Assembly (NCBI GenBank): GCA_051294375.1
Contig: CM119268.1
Span: 22,444,959 to 22,508,958 of the forward strand
Origin: Paraspadella gotoi
Taxonomy: Eukaryota; Animalia; Chaetognatha
Length of the DNA stretch: 64,000 bases
Direction of reading: 5' to 3'
The first letter of the stretch is position 1. Each line of letters starts with the position of its first letter. The notes below the pieces were generated by a model that ran no database searches, was not told the DNA's origin, and saw nothing but the letters and a program-made list of their open reading frames with translations. Of this stretch, positions 41,046-52,800 are shown piece by piece. The position numbers were made by a program, and so were the translations under genes.

Positions 41046-42199
41046 GCCCTCTTTTAATAAACAAAAATAAAAAGACCCTCATTGAGTCATAAAAAACAAA
41101 TGGCTTTTATAGGATCAAAAAATAAATTTCAAAACAATCCTGATGACGAAATAAATATAAACTAAGACCATTTTATTTGTATTAGGTTTATGTTACCTTT
41201 TGTTTATAATGTACGTATCTTTTGTCTAAACGAGGGGCCTTATTTTTCCTAAAGCCCCATTCCTATTTTTTAATCCCCAAACTTAATCTATTTAATTATA
41301 AACTCTAACAAAACCCATAACTCAATCATAACCTAAATTGCTAATCATAATCCTTCACCTTAACCTAATCCTTAACGTTATCCTTATCTTAATCGCTAAT
41401 GCCTTCCCTAACCATTAACCCTAGACTGTAACCCTAATCCCTAACCCTGATCTATCACTCTAATCCTTAACCCTAATCTCTAACCCTAATCCTTAACCCT
41501 AATCTCTAACCCTAATCCTTAACCCTGATCTCTAACCCTAATCCTTAACCCTAAACTCAAAAACCTAATCCATAACCCTAATTCATTACCCTAATCTTTA
41601 ATCCTAATCCTTAAACCTAATCTTTAACCCTAATCATTAACCCTAATCCATTACCCTAATCTCTAACCCTAATCCTTAGCCTAATCCCTCACCTCTTTAA
41701 TAACCCTAACCTTTAACTTCATCTTTAACCTTAAAATTTAATTCATTTCGGAATTAAAGCTAAAACGAAGCGCTTTGGGAAATTAAGGCCCAAATCGCCG
41801 AATCGGCTTAAATGGAAGACAATCACCTTGAAGACTGGTTTGAGCGATGCCGATTCAACGACGGGCGGATTCGCTGCGTCGGCGGCGGCGAAGTCGGGAT
41901 GCTGCAGCATCACCTCCCAAGCGGATCGTCCGCCGCAGAGACGGTTCTGTCGATTCGGGGCTTCAGAGTTATGCCTGGTGGATCGGAGAAAGATTGAAGT
42001 TAAGGGAATGAAAATTTTATTTTAATATAAGANNNNNNNNNNNNNNNNNNNNNNNNNACATCGAATTTGGAGCAGCGGAAGACGGCGGATGTCCAGTCGA
42101 GTCGCTCGTCCAGGATGTTAGAGGAAGGATCTCCGATTGGAGGGAGAGAGAGACGAAGAGAGAGAGGGAGAGGATGTTGAAGTAGGAGGTAAGATGGTT

Positions 42200-42236
<37 letters not shown>

Positions 42237-45200
42237 GTTATTTTTGAAGATAATACTTTTTTTTTCCTATGGAATTTTAAATTTTCAATTGTTGAATATT
42301 TTTAAAGTTCCTTCAGTTCTCCGAACTAATTCAGCGCATTCTTTAACATTTCACGCTCGAACGACATTAATAAAAACCCAGCTAATAGTTGCAACCCGCT
42401 TGTAAATAAAATTTGAAAACCGAAGTTTTGATGTCGATGAAACATAAAAGTTGAAACGAGGAATTCGTCGCCGCTTTACTTCCTTCTCTCTCTCTCTCTC
42501 TCCTCCTCTCTCTCTCTCACGCCCTATTTTAATAAACAAAAATTAAAAAGACCCTCATTGAGTAATAAAAAACAAATGGCTTTTATTGGATCAAAAAATA
42601 AATTTCAAAACAATCCGATGAAGAAATAAATATAAACTAAGACCATTTTATTTGTATTAGGTTTCTGTTACATTTTGTTTATAATGTACGTACTGTTTTG
42701 TCTAAACGAGGGCCTTATTTTTCCTAAGCCCATTCCTATTTTTTAATCCCCAAACTTAATCTTAATTTAATATTTAATACTTAATATTTAATTATAAACT
42801 TTAACAAAACCCATAACCCAATCATAACCTAAATTGCTAATCATAATCCTTCACCTTAAACCTAATCCTTAACGTTATCCTTATCCTTATCGCTAATGCT
42901 CTTCCCTAACCATTAACCCTAGACTGCAACCGCTAATCCCTAACCTGATCTATCAATCTAATCCTTACCTAATCTCTAACCCTAATCCTTAACCTAATCT
43001 TTAACCCTAATCATTAACCCTAATCCATTACCCTAATCTCTAACCATAATCCTTAGCCTAATCCCTCACATTTTTAATAACCCAAACCTTTAACTTCATC
43101 TTTAACCTTTAAATTTAATTCATTTCGGAATTAAAGCTAAAAGGCAGTGATTGCTATTCGGGTATTTTCAACAATAAAATTGAAACTTATATAACTATTA
43201 TTCTTTTGTTTCCACTGATTAATATAAAACACGCTTTATTTAAAAAAACGGTTGGCTATAGTTATTTTCTCCTTATAACATTGACTCATTGGGTGAATTT
43301 CTATGCTTTCAAATACGGTAAGACACAATTTTCTTTTACCTTAAGATGAAACTAAAACGATTTTTCATGGTAAGGGCAACTTTTAAAGATTAAATTGCTC
43401 GTCAGATCTTTGCCTTTTTTTAGATATACTACAGCTTAGGCAAAAAACGGCAAGCTATATTTTAAAATTTTTTTTCCATTTTTCCACTATTTTTTCTCTC
43501 TTGAACCTTCTCTCTGTCCCTTTCTTTTTCTCTCTTTCTCTCTGTCTTTCTCTCCTTTCTCCGACTTTTCTGTCCTCATTATTTCTCTGTGTCATCCCTT
43601 CTTTTCTTTCTTTACATTTATTTCTCTTCCTCTCTATCTCTACTTTTCTCTCCCTCTCTGATTCTTTCTTCCCTCTTTTCTATCTTTTTCTCTTAATTGT
43701 TTTCGTTCTCCCCCTTTTCCCCATATATTAATTTCTTTCCATCTTTTTTCTCTCCCTGCAACTTTTTTTTCACCTATGCTCTCTCTTCTCTTCTCTTTTT
43801 CTCCTTCTCACTCATTTTTTGCATTTATATCATACTGGATGTATAAAATCTTTGAAATGTATTGTAAGAAAGAAAATATTGGGTAGCATATGATTTTTTT
43901 CAAAGTTTGGTTGCCTAGCAGATTTAAAAAATCGACAGATTTTTGCGGAAATTTTTTCCGCAGAAACCTGTCGATTGAGAGGAAAAAAATTACTGACGCT
44001 TTCTCATTACATTAAAAGAATGCGGTTTTTTTTTAATTTGTTAACCTTAGTATTATTCTCATCTATTAAAACTATAAAATAAGTCAAAAACCGAGTTTTA
44101 GTTCAAATAAAACGCTCACTCACAAATCCTCACAAATTAAAAGTTGATTTAAAAATTTAATTGCTGCAAAACTATTAAATTTTTTGCCCTAATTTTTTAG
44201 GTACCAGAAGCACCGTTGAAAGGGAATATTTGATTAGATTTGTGGACATTTTGAAGTATTTTCGTTTAACAAATTGTAATAAAATGTAAAAATGTAAATT
44301 TTTGAATAGTCAATTTAAAAATTAATTCATAGGTAAACAATGGATGACTAACGGCAAATGAACCAACTCAGAGGTAAAGAAGATGAGAAGAACCCGAAAT
44401 CCGGAGTAAAAAAATTTTCTTCAATGATCTTGACGTTCAAATCTCAAGACAAAAGTCAAAATGGACAAAAATGGACATAATTTTTTTTTATTAAAAGTAG
44501 CAAAAATTATACCAATTCTTGATTAGAAAATGCAGCAGATGATTTAATTAATATCGTAGTCCAGCCCACTTTGTCTTAGGGTTTAAATTTAATCAATTCT
44601 GTTGATAATATTCTAGCAATATTGCAAAAAGTGGTTTTTTTGCTGAATTCCTCGATAGAAATCACTGCCAAAACGAAGCGCTTTGGAAATTAAGGCCCAA
44701 ATCGCCGAATCGGCTTAAATGGAGACAATCACCTTGAAGACTGGTTTGAGCGATGCCGATTCACGACGGTCGGATCGCTGCGTCGGCGGCGGCGAAGTCG
44801 GGATGCTGCAGCATCACCTCCCAAGCGGATCGTCCGCCGCAGAGACGGTTCTGTCGATTCGGGCTTCAGAGTTATGCCTGGTGGATCGGAGAAAGATTGA
44901 AGTTAAGGGAATGAAAATTTTATTTTAATATAAGACAATATAATACATAAATATTATCGTCATCTTTCCTTCCTCCTTTCCTCCCCCCCACTCTCCCTCT
45001 CCCCTTTCCCCTAACCTTCTTCTCCTTCTCTCACCTCTCCCTCCATCCTGCCCTCAATCCTCTTTCCTCTTCCTCTATCTCTTTGCCTCCCTTCCTCCTC
45101 CCTCCCTCTCCCCCTCTTCCTCCATTCTTCTCCTCCCCTTCCCGGTTCAATCCCTCCCTCTCTCCCTCCATCCTCAATCCCTCTTCTCTTCCTCTATCTC

Positions 45201-46292
45201 TTTATCTCCCTTCCTCCTCCCTCCCTCCTCTCTCCCTCCCCTTCTCCCTCACCCCTCCTACCTCTCTCTTCCCTCTTCTTCCTTCATTTTTCTCCTTCTC
45301 CCTCTTCCCTTCCTTCCCCGCTCAATCCCTCTACCTCTTCCTCTCTCTCTCCATCCCCCTCCCTCTCCTTTTATCCTCCTTCACTCCATCTCTCTTCCTC
45401 TCTTCCTCCCTCTCCCCTTCTTCTCTCCCTCCCTCTAACATTCTCCTCCTTCCCTTCCCCTCTCCTCCCTCCCTCTTCTCCCTCCCTCCCTCTCACCTCC
45501 TTTCCTCGTCCACTTCTTCTCCTCCTTCGCAAAATCCTTCGACTCCGTCCGGTGCCCGAGGATCCAGCATCGACGCTTTGGCGGCTGCGGCGTCGGCTGC
45601 GGCGTCGGCTGCTGCGACGAAGGCGCAGTCGGCTTTGGTCGGTAATCCTTTGGAGGTTGAGCAAGCGGTTCCGTCGGGGCGGAGGAGCCGGCCTGATTTG
45701 AGAGTGGATTTAATTTGATTGATTGATTNNNNNNNNNNTTGATTGATCGATTGATAAATTTACTGGTAGATTGATTGAAAAAATGCTTATCTGATGAAAT
45801 TAATAGGATTGATTTGTTGACCGATTGATTTGTTGATTAAATTTAATGATTACTAAACTGATTAATTGATTGATTGATTGAAAAAATGACCAATGACCTC
45901 ATGTAGCAGATTGATTTGTGGATTATCTCAAATGATATTGACTAGCCTTCAAACCATAAGTAAGTCACAAGTTAATTATCCACTGAACCTATATCAACCG
46001 ATGTTATGTATAATCAGGGAAACCATTCTCTTACAGATATTTGCCCATGTTATAACCTCACCCTTGATCGCCAATGAACATCTCACGGCCTCGTATCTTT
46101 TCGTTTTCGTGGAGAAATAAAATGTTTCGTCGTCGTAGGGATAATCGTCGTCGTCGTCGTTGGCCACGCCCACTTCCGGTCTCTCCTCGAAGACGCCCCA
46201 GCGCCATCTCGCCCAGAGTCGCGTCAACAGAGAAGCAGCGTCTCCAAAATTTGACCTAAAATGACGGACGATCGATTGGAGGAGTTGATGAA

Positions 46293-46333
<41 letters not shown>

Positions 46334-47941
46334 CGACGACGACGACGACGAACAAACAGACGACGACGACGACGACGACGACGAATTGACGATCAAATAA
46401 ACAAAACAAAATAAGGAAGAAATTAAAAACCGGAAAATAAAATAAACCAAATAAAGAAACAAAAGACACAAAATATCTAGACAACAAAAGGATCGAGGAA
46501 TGTAGTTTTTTAAAGTTTAATCGTAAGACGAGTAAAGAAAAGATATGATTCATTGTTAGTTGTTTTTTATTTTTGTTCTTGTAAAATGTTTACTAAATCG
46601 TACTACCCTTTTACAACAACAACAACAACAACAACAACAACTGACAAGAAATAACTAACTGTTTAGAATAACAAATAATGATTTAACAAACAAGTCACAA
46701 ATGAAAAAAGTTGACCGTGTCAGTGATTCTACATAATAGTTTATGTTCGACATACATATTTCAACAACCAAAACAACAACGACCAATGGAAGTAATAAAA
46801 TTAACAACAGCAACAGCAAGAACAACAGCTACAACAAAATTAATAGCAACACAAAATAACCAAAACAAAATGAACTAAAACAATAACAGCTACAATAAAA
46901 TCAATAACAACATCAATATCATCATAAAAAACAACCACAAGAACAACAACATTAACCACAACAACAACAACAACATTAACTACAACAACAACAACCTGAC
47001 TTTCTCGTCGAGGACGAATTCCGGCGTCAACCTGATTCCTCCTCCTCCTCCTCCTCCTCCTCCTCCTTCTCCACAGACGCCGAAGGAATCCACGAAAGGT
47101 TCGAGTCTTTGAGGCGAAGAAGAGGAAGAGGAAGAGGAAGAGGAGACGACGAAGGCGGCGGTGGAGAGGCTGGGGGTGTTGAAGGGAGAATGGGATGGTG
47201 GAGTGAGGTGAGGTGGCTCGAGAGGGGTTCATTTCGTCGTCTTCGTCGTCGTCGTATTCGTCGTCATTGTCGTCGTCATCTAAGTTAATCGAGTTGACAT
47301 CGTCTTGATTTGAATTTTGTCGTAGTCGTCGGCAAAGTTAACATCTTCGTCGTTAGATATCATCATCGTCTTGATAATGACATTATCATTGTCATCATTG
47401 TTATTATCGTTGTCATCATCGTCGTCGACATCGTCATAGTCTTGACTTGAATTTTTTTGTTGTTGTTATCGTCATCATCGTCTGAAAAATTTGCATCAGT
47501 TTCATCAGTGTCATCGAAGTCGTGATGGTCGTCGTCATCACTGTCTTCGTCGTTGTCATTATCATCGTCGTCGTTGTCATTATCAACGTCGTCGTTGTAA
47601 TTAACATCGTCGTCGTTGTCATTAACATCGTCGTCGTTGTCATTATCATCGTCGACGTTATCATCGTCGTCATTGTCATTATAATCGTCGTCGTTGTCAT
47701 TAACATCGTCGTCGTTGTCATTATCATCGTCGTCGTTGTCATTATCATCGTCGTCGTTGTCATTGTCGTCATCGTCATTGTCCTCACCTCTCTCCCTTCC
47801 ACTCGGCGTCACCGTCACCCCGCGGCCAATACGCCGGCGTCAAAAGCGTCACGGTCCCCAGACGCGTCTTTCCTTTCGTCGCCGCGTGGAGGCGCGTGGA
47901 GGCGTTGGTTAAGAGAGACTTGTGGGCGTGGAGAAATGTTT

Positions 47942-48015
<74 letters not shown>

Positions 48016-48016
48016 C

Positions 48017-48061
<45 letters not shown>

Positions 48062-48396
48062 AATTAGGTAGAGAGAGAATGGGGGTAAAAATGAGCCACA
48101 AACGTTTATTCCTGTATGGTACCGTACTCTACTTTATTTTATTGTATCATACCTTCATGTACTCGCTGTCTTTTTACCTTCAAACCCTCGATGAGAGATA
48201 GAGAGGGAGACACCGAAGGATCGATGGCGACGACGACGTTTTCGTAGGCGCCGGCGACGAGAGAGACAGAGTGACGAGAGTTGAGAGGGAGAGAGACAGA
48301 GTCACGTGACCGGAAGAGGCGAGAGAGGGAGATGGGAGAGGGAGAGACGAGGAAAGAGGAAGAGAGGAGGAAGAAAAGAGACGAGACGAAATTCAT
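10450..48396 (-). CDS. CLCA: CLCA-like (calcium-activated chloride channel regulator family) type-I membrane protein: CLCA-N, vWA, beta-rich/FN3, TM, Cys-rich tail; ~18 exons, misassembled between 12985 and 28524
   Basis: Exons in order: 48396-48178 (signal, [12 protein letters not shown]); 47918-47788 ([17 protein letters not shown]); 47169-46996 ([14 protein letters not shown]); 46255-46062 ([14 protein letters not shown]); ~45690-45495 (KASML..GFC); ~41977-41828 and 44878-44735 ([13 protein letters not shown]); ~33431-33210 (FVLDVSGSM, vWA); ~32870-32797; ~32447-32340 (IILISDG); ~32060-31857; ~30857-30716; ~30500-30350; ~30228-30060; ~29500-29305 ([19 protein letters not shown]); ~28670-28524; ~12985-12776 (PPAAV..GDDWDEG); ~11402-11190 ([13 protein letters not shown]); ~10870-10450 (TM and tail). 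Confidence 0.88.
11625..12760. repeat. Compound (ATCC)n/(CTCC)n microsatellite in CLCA intron
   Basis: Direct reading. Confidence 0.95.
13124..15730 (+). other. Inverted duplicate of the last three CLCA exons; this copy includes the intact acceptor and DATAGAFLL start missing from the left arm
   Basis: Reverse complement of 10450-12985 plus the spacer sequence. Confidence 0.8.
13390..14550. repeat. Compound (GGAT)n/(GGAG)n microsatellite, mirror of 11625-12760
   Basis: Direct reading. Confidence 0.95.
16698..19021 (+). pseudogene. Indel-ridden inverted copy of double-MS4A paralog B (probably artefactual)
   Basis: Reverse complement of 7332-9532 with many 1-bp indels. Confidence 0.8.
19410..20770 (+). 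pseudogene. Indel-ridden inverted partial copy (exons 1-3) of double-MS4A paralog A
   Basis: Reverse complement of ~5655-6951. Confidence 0.8.
21474..21980 (-). mobile_element. Possible 3' LTR and polypurine tract following the env-like ORF
   Basis: On the minus strand a purine tract GAGAGAGGAGCGGGGG (21961-21976) lies just after the glycoprotein ORF, there are AATAAA signals, and the segment ends ..TATACA at 21474. The canonical TG start and a second LTR are not seen. Confidence 0.3.
22047..23420 (-). pseudogene. Frameshifted viral/retroelement envelope glycoprotein, class III fusion type (chuvirus G / herpes gB-like), C-terminal half
   Basis: Stitching frames gives [18 protein letters not shown](F)AVLRGE(I)LHSQR(C)[12 protein letters not shown](C)[22 protein letters not shown], followed by a hydrophobic [12 protein letters not shown] segment. 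This resembles the C..PGY.AV.AGEVIH..KC..CY.ELPV..F..P.MY.I pattern of chuvirus-like glycoproteins. Confidence 0.5.
24652..25737 (+). CDS. Unidentified spliced gene (3-4 exons)
   Basis: Exons 24652-24754, 24841-~25014 and 25141- join in phase through GT-AG introns: [67 protein letters not shown] further GC-rich exon-like block lies at 25515-25737. Confidence 0.45.
26710..28498 (-). CDS. Unidentified multi-exon gene or pseudogene, truncated by N-gap
   Basis: About 8 GC-richer blocks are separated by short AT-rich GT-AG introns (e.g. [60 protein letters not shown]). Some stops and frameshifts are present. Confidence 0.4.
30913..31005 (+). tRNA. tRNA-Met(CAT) elongator with intron; D-arm degenerate in this read
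   Basis: GCCTCGG..CAGTCTCATA[intron]ATCTGAAGGTCGTGAGTTCGATCCTCACCCGGGGCA followed by a T-run. Confidence 0.75.
31087..31174 (+). tRNA. tRNA-Met(CAT) elongator with intron; small deletions
   Basis: Same structure, intact B box, T-run terminator. Confidence 0.7.
31245..31334 (+). tRNA. tRNA-Met(CAT) elongator with 17-nt intron, intact
   Basis: GCCTCGGTAGCGCAGTAGGCAGCGCGTCAGTCTCATA|ATGTAAATGTAAGAGCA|ATCTGAAGGTCGTGAGTTCGATCCTCACCCGGGGCA; the spliced form is nearly the canonical metazoan elongator Met. Confidence 0.93.
31415..31503 (+). tRNA. tRNA-Met(CAT) with intron, mutated 3' half (probable pseudo-tRNA)
   Basis: Substitutions in the anticodon stem, B box (GTTCAAAC) and acceptor stem. Confidence 0.65.
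31621..31870. repeat. 37-bp minisatellite, ~7 copies, overlapping a CLCA splice donor
   Basis: CTCACCT recurs at 31631, 31668, 31705, 31742, 31779, 31816 and 31853. Confidence 0.92.
33777..42202 (-). CDS. Receptor-type protein tyrosine phosphatase A (signal, C-type lectin-like, EGF/laminin-EGF, sushi, EGF-Ca, TM, PTP D1+D2); apparently intronless, nested in a CLCA intron. Main copy 33777-37859, 38105-38205 and 42058-42202
   Basis: D1 motifs [52 protein letters not shown]; D2 [10 protein letters not shown]; [22 protein letters not shown]. The long ORFs are linked by frameshifts rather than introns. Confidence 0.9.
38231..42031 (-). other. Low-accuracy redundant copy (likely alternate haplotype) of the RPTP-A ectodomain and 5' end, upstream DNA and a CLCA exon, bounded by N-gaps
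   Basis: Matches 35833-37859, 42058-43142 and 44670-44932 with heavy indel noise. Confidence 0.85.
41330..41735. repeat. Degenerate telomere-like (TAACCCTAATCC) tandem repeat; also at 42830-43110 and 61860-62020
   Basis: Direct reading. Confidence 0.8.
43143..44669. mobile_element. Non-autonomous DNA transposon, ~35-bp imperfect TIRs (GGCAGTGATT...AATCACTGCC), 4-bp TSD AAAA
   Basis: Filled site gct-AAAA-[element]-AAAA-cgaagcg versus empty site gct-AAAA-cgaagcg at 41759-41772. Confidence 0.9.
47370..47785. repeat. Intronic trinucleotide-derived repeat with ~21-bp unit (TCGTCGTCGTTGTCATTATCA)
   Basis: Lies between CLCA exons 2 and 3. Confidence 0.85.
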
Positions 48397-48638
48397 GTTT
48401 TATTTTTAGATAAAAAAAGATAAAATTAAATAAAATTAAACAATAAAACCTTTTTGGGTTTTTATTTTTTTATTTTTTTAGAAGAAAACGAAAAAAGAAA
48501 GTAAAAAGAAGGAATGAAGACGACGACGACGACGACGACGACGACGACTTCGCCAATTCATGTTTTGTTTTCATTTTCTTCAAAAACAAAACAATAAATA
48601 AAAACAACAAATTCCATTGCCGGTGAAACGGGGAAGAC

Positions 48639-48688
<50 letters not shown>

Positions 48689-48956
48689 AGACGACAAATT
48701 CCGAAATCGAAGTATTTGTTATTAAATTTCTTAATTCCGTTTCTGGTCAATAATTTTTTTTATGTTTTGTTTATGTTTTTTTAATCTTATTTCTTGTCGA
48801 AGTTTTTTATATCTTTTTAACGGTGAAACAAATTCAATAATTTTGTATAACGTTCGTTTAGAACTTTCTATAACCAAAAGTATATATCTAAATCTAATTT
48901 TCATCTGAACAGAGGAATATGGGTGTTTGTAAGTTGACAGGGTTTGAGACAGAGAG

Positions 48957-49031
<75 letters not shown>

Positions 49032-49843
49032 CTGTTTAAAAAAGTTAGATAACCTTGATAAACTGAACAAAATAATAAAATGATGTCAGCGAACAAAACT
49101 TCGCCCGCATTTTTCATTTTGTCGAAATTTTTTAACGATTACTTGCGACGATAAAACGAGGAATTAAGTAACTAATACTTTTAATAATACTATAATAATA
49201 ATAACTAATACTTTTAATAAACTAAGTCTTATTCGAGTATTTCGAGTCCCACGATATAAACAAAATATGATAGAACTTAAATAACTGTTTGGACATGTCT
49301 CTAAATAAGAGACGAATATTTCTATTACTAATTATCTAGATCCGAATCCTTTTCCCTTGCTTTTAGTTTTACGTATAATTATTTACTATATTTGAAAACT
49401 ATATAAGCGGTTTGGTTCTAAACCATACAAGATTTTGACCTTTTAGTTTTAGTTCCTTAGCCTGAAAATTTTAGTCTATTAAATGTTACTTTTGTATTAC
49501 AGTCATTGTTTTCGTTAATGATTAAAATATAATCGTATATAAGTGCAAATATTTTTTTTTTCAACAATACGAAACTTAATTTATCTTTTGCCAAATTTCT
49601 GCTCGAATATGGAATCTTTAATAAGAGCAATTATTATTCATTAACAAACTCAATAATTCATTAGAGAAAAATGAGTTTTTATTATAATTAATTATTACAT
49701 GTTTACAGAACTATTAGGGAGCAGTAGAATTTCTAAATTAGATAACCAGAAAGGCTGAAAAAACTTCATCTTTAAAATGGCACAATCGTTCTTTTACAAT
49801 ATACAATATACATATATATATTATACAATGCAAAGAAATGTAT

Positions 49844-52800
49844 TCAACGATTTTGATAAAGTCGCGTATTGTCCCAATGCATCCTTCCCATCTCAGCACA
49901 AAATCTCAGCTGCTCAGTATCTGTGACAAAGCTGCGCTGCGCCACACGCGCGCCCAAAACTGCAGCCGGCAGATGCAGCACGCCTTCCTCCTCCATCCTC
50001 TGCAGCAGGTTGAGAACGACCACGAAGACTCCCGACTTGCGGCAGCCGTCGAGACAGTGGACGAGCAGAGTGGCGTGATCCTTCGCAAGTCCCTGCAGCA
50101 TTTGATTGACCTCACAAACAACTCGATAGAAACTGTCAGGGTTGGGAAGATCGGCATCCTCTGGCCAACAATCAGCCTGGATGTGAGTCAGAACGAAATC
50201 GTCCGTTTGGGAAGCAGAGTCCAATGGATGTACTTTTATCGATCGCTTCGTCATCGCCCAAACATTTTTGTCAATCTTAAGGGTCTCTACTGACATCAGC
50301 TTAAACTTTGAAACAGCGTTAGAACCTTTTTTCACACCCTCCGGCCAATAATCAGGAGCTTTGTCGGATTTTTTTGAACCGCTGTTGAGCATCAAAACAA
50401 CGTCAACGCGTTGTTCCATGATCAAGGTCCAAAACTCGTCCAGGGTGTTTTCCATTGGTGCCTGTGCTGCAATACAACCGCCTTTAGCATTGAATGTATC
50501 AGCGAAAGCGGCGTTGATATAAGTGTTGCCCTCTGGAGGAATGAAAGAGGAAATGTAAGCGAGAGAAGCATCATCAAAAAAGGGGCCATTGACTCGCCGG
50601 TTCATGCAGACGTTTTCTTTGGCGGAAGCGACCGCAGTCTGAGCTGGCAATTTCTGGGTAATCTTTGCAAGATTTTGAAAAAGATTTTTGTAGAAAGATC
50701 CCGCTCTAAAAATTGAAGTAGACAAATCTTCTGGTTGTAACACAGGACAACAAGCGACAGCCAATGTATCATAGATTAGTTGGTATTGATTTGGAGTCTG
50801 CACCATTTTAAACCTGAATTGGCGCAATTGACGCACAGTGGCGTGGACATTGACGGCGCCAAGAGACGCTGCTTCGTCGAGGAGATTCCATAGTGCGATT
50901 CCGGTTCCAGTGCGACCAACTCCAGCGCTGCAGTGAACGACAATGGGCAGTCGCTGTCGCGTTGATGAGGCAACAAATTGGCGAACGACTTGGACAAAGG
51001 AAGAGAGTGTTGATGGCATACGAGGAACATCCTTGTCAGGCCAAGAAACATAGTGAAACTGTGTGATACGATACTCTCGCTTTTGCTTGGCAACCATCTC
51101 TCTGATGACATAATCAGCAAAGTGTCGCTCCTTAACCAGCTTGACGGAGATGCCGCCAAAGTTAGCCATGCTGCCAATGCTCTTTGGCCAGTACTGTTCA
51201 CACTTTTTCTTTCCTTCTTCCACCAAGTTGGTCAGCATCACAACAACAGTGACCCGCTGCTCGTAGATCATTTGCCAAAAATCATTCACAGTTGATCGAC
51301 GCGGACCCTGACTGGCGATGAAGGCTTGCTTCTTGTAAAAACCGGGAACGAAATTGGCGTTTATATAATCGGAAGCATCGTTGTTTGTTTGCTGACTATT
51401 TTCGTGGTTAACGTATGTTTTGTCATCCTCAACATCTGATCGGAGAATGACCCTCGAATGATCATAAGCTGGAATGTCTTGAAATCGATTCTTGCTCTTG
51501 TTCTCAGGACGACTTGATTCTTTGTGTTCGAACTCAATTTCATCCGGAATGCTGTTATATTCACTACGGATGTCCTCTGGTTTTCTTTTTCCTCCGTAAA
51601 CTAAATCAAAGAGATTGTCGACCTTTATTGGTCCCTCGTCTTTGACATTGGCTTGTGTAGTTAGCGGTGACTGCGGTTGTGATGGCACCACAGCCACGTC
51701 ATTTGTTTTAGGTTTTTGAGGACGAGGCGGTGGGGAAATCTCCAAAGTAGCGTTCTTGGAGGGAACGTTGGAGATCTTGGAGGCAAGGTGGATGCTCTCT
51801 TGTTCTTCAGGAGAAAAGTTGGCGATACATTGAGTTGGTTTTCTGAAGGGACGTTTAATATAAATTACAAGTGCAGCAACAATTATGCCTAAAAGGATAA
51901 GCAATGAAACAGAACCTATTAAAGGAACTATCATTGATTTAGATGGAGCTTGGTTTATCAACTTGAATGACATCAACATTCGTTCCTCCTTAAAATCGTC
52001 GATATTAGTTTGGATTATGTAGCGCAGTTCGTATGTATTGTTCCCAACGAGAGAGTTTCCTTGACAACTTCCATTGTTTACATTTCCATTTAATATTTCC
52101 ACTGGTTTGTTTATCTCCTTGAACGATCTTGATAGGGTAGCGATTGGGACATAACCGTCTCCAGATGAACAGTCTGAGTTCAGATTTTCTTTAAATTTAT
52201 CAAATCTGGATTTAAAGTTATTGTCTTTATTATCGAGATCCTCTTCAAAAGCTACGATGAGAATTTTAAAGACGCTCTCTTCCGGCCATAGAGTTGGAAC
52301 AGGAACAAGACAAGGAGCGTCGATCACGCATTTCACGGTGTCTTCCGTCATCTTTAAAGTCACATTCGGCGTCGCTTTTTGACAATTTTTTCCGATGAAA
52401 TCGTTGCCGCAGTCACAAGAGTAATCGCCGCAAGTATTGCGGCAAGTCTGGCTGTTGCGGCAAGGCGGATTTTTTGTGCACTCGTCGATGTCTTTGCAAA
52501 ATCCAGTTTCTTCGTTTTCACAAACTTCGCGAGAATCGAGCCGCCAGTTGTACCAGTAAATGAATTTTAAATTTTTCGAGTGTTGTCTGCAAGTGATTTT
52601 ATCCTTGACANNNNNNNNNNAAATTTTTCGAGTGTTGTCTGCAAGTGATTTTATCATTGACATAACTTGACAATTTGTATCCTTTATTGCAAAATAAATC
52701 ACATCCGTCACCGTAAGTCAGCTTTTCCTTCGAGCAGCGAAAATCACCAATTCCTTTCTCTTTCGTGAAAACAACAGTTTTTGGAATATTGCAAAACACG

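Noticed and set aside
41330-41735. Interstitial telomere or chromosome fusion site
   Set aside because: The units are degenerate ~12-bp variants recurring in several introns, not a head-to-head TTAGGG array.
38231-42031. A third RPTP paralog and a duplicated CLCA exon (mutually exclusive splicing)
   Set aside because: The segment is gap-bounded and near-identical apart from indel noise, so it is a redundant haplotype copy.
44960-45495. Pro/Ser/Leu-rich 211-aa ORF
   Set aside because: It is a polypyrimidine low-complexity intron read antisense to CLCA.
47363-47818. Asp/Asn-rich ORF suggesting an acidic biomineralisation protein
   Set aside because: It lies between in-phase CLCA donor (47787) and acceptor (47170) sites, so it is best explained as an intronic repeat.
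52569-52660. Short direct repeat in the RPTP-B coding sequence
   Set aside because: It is overlapping contig ends flanking a 10-N gap.
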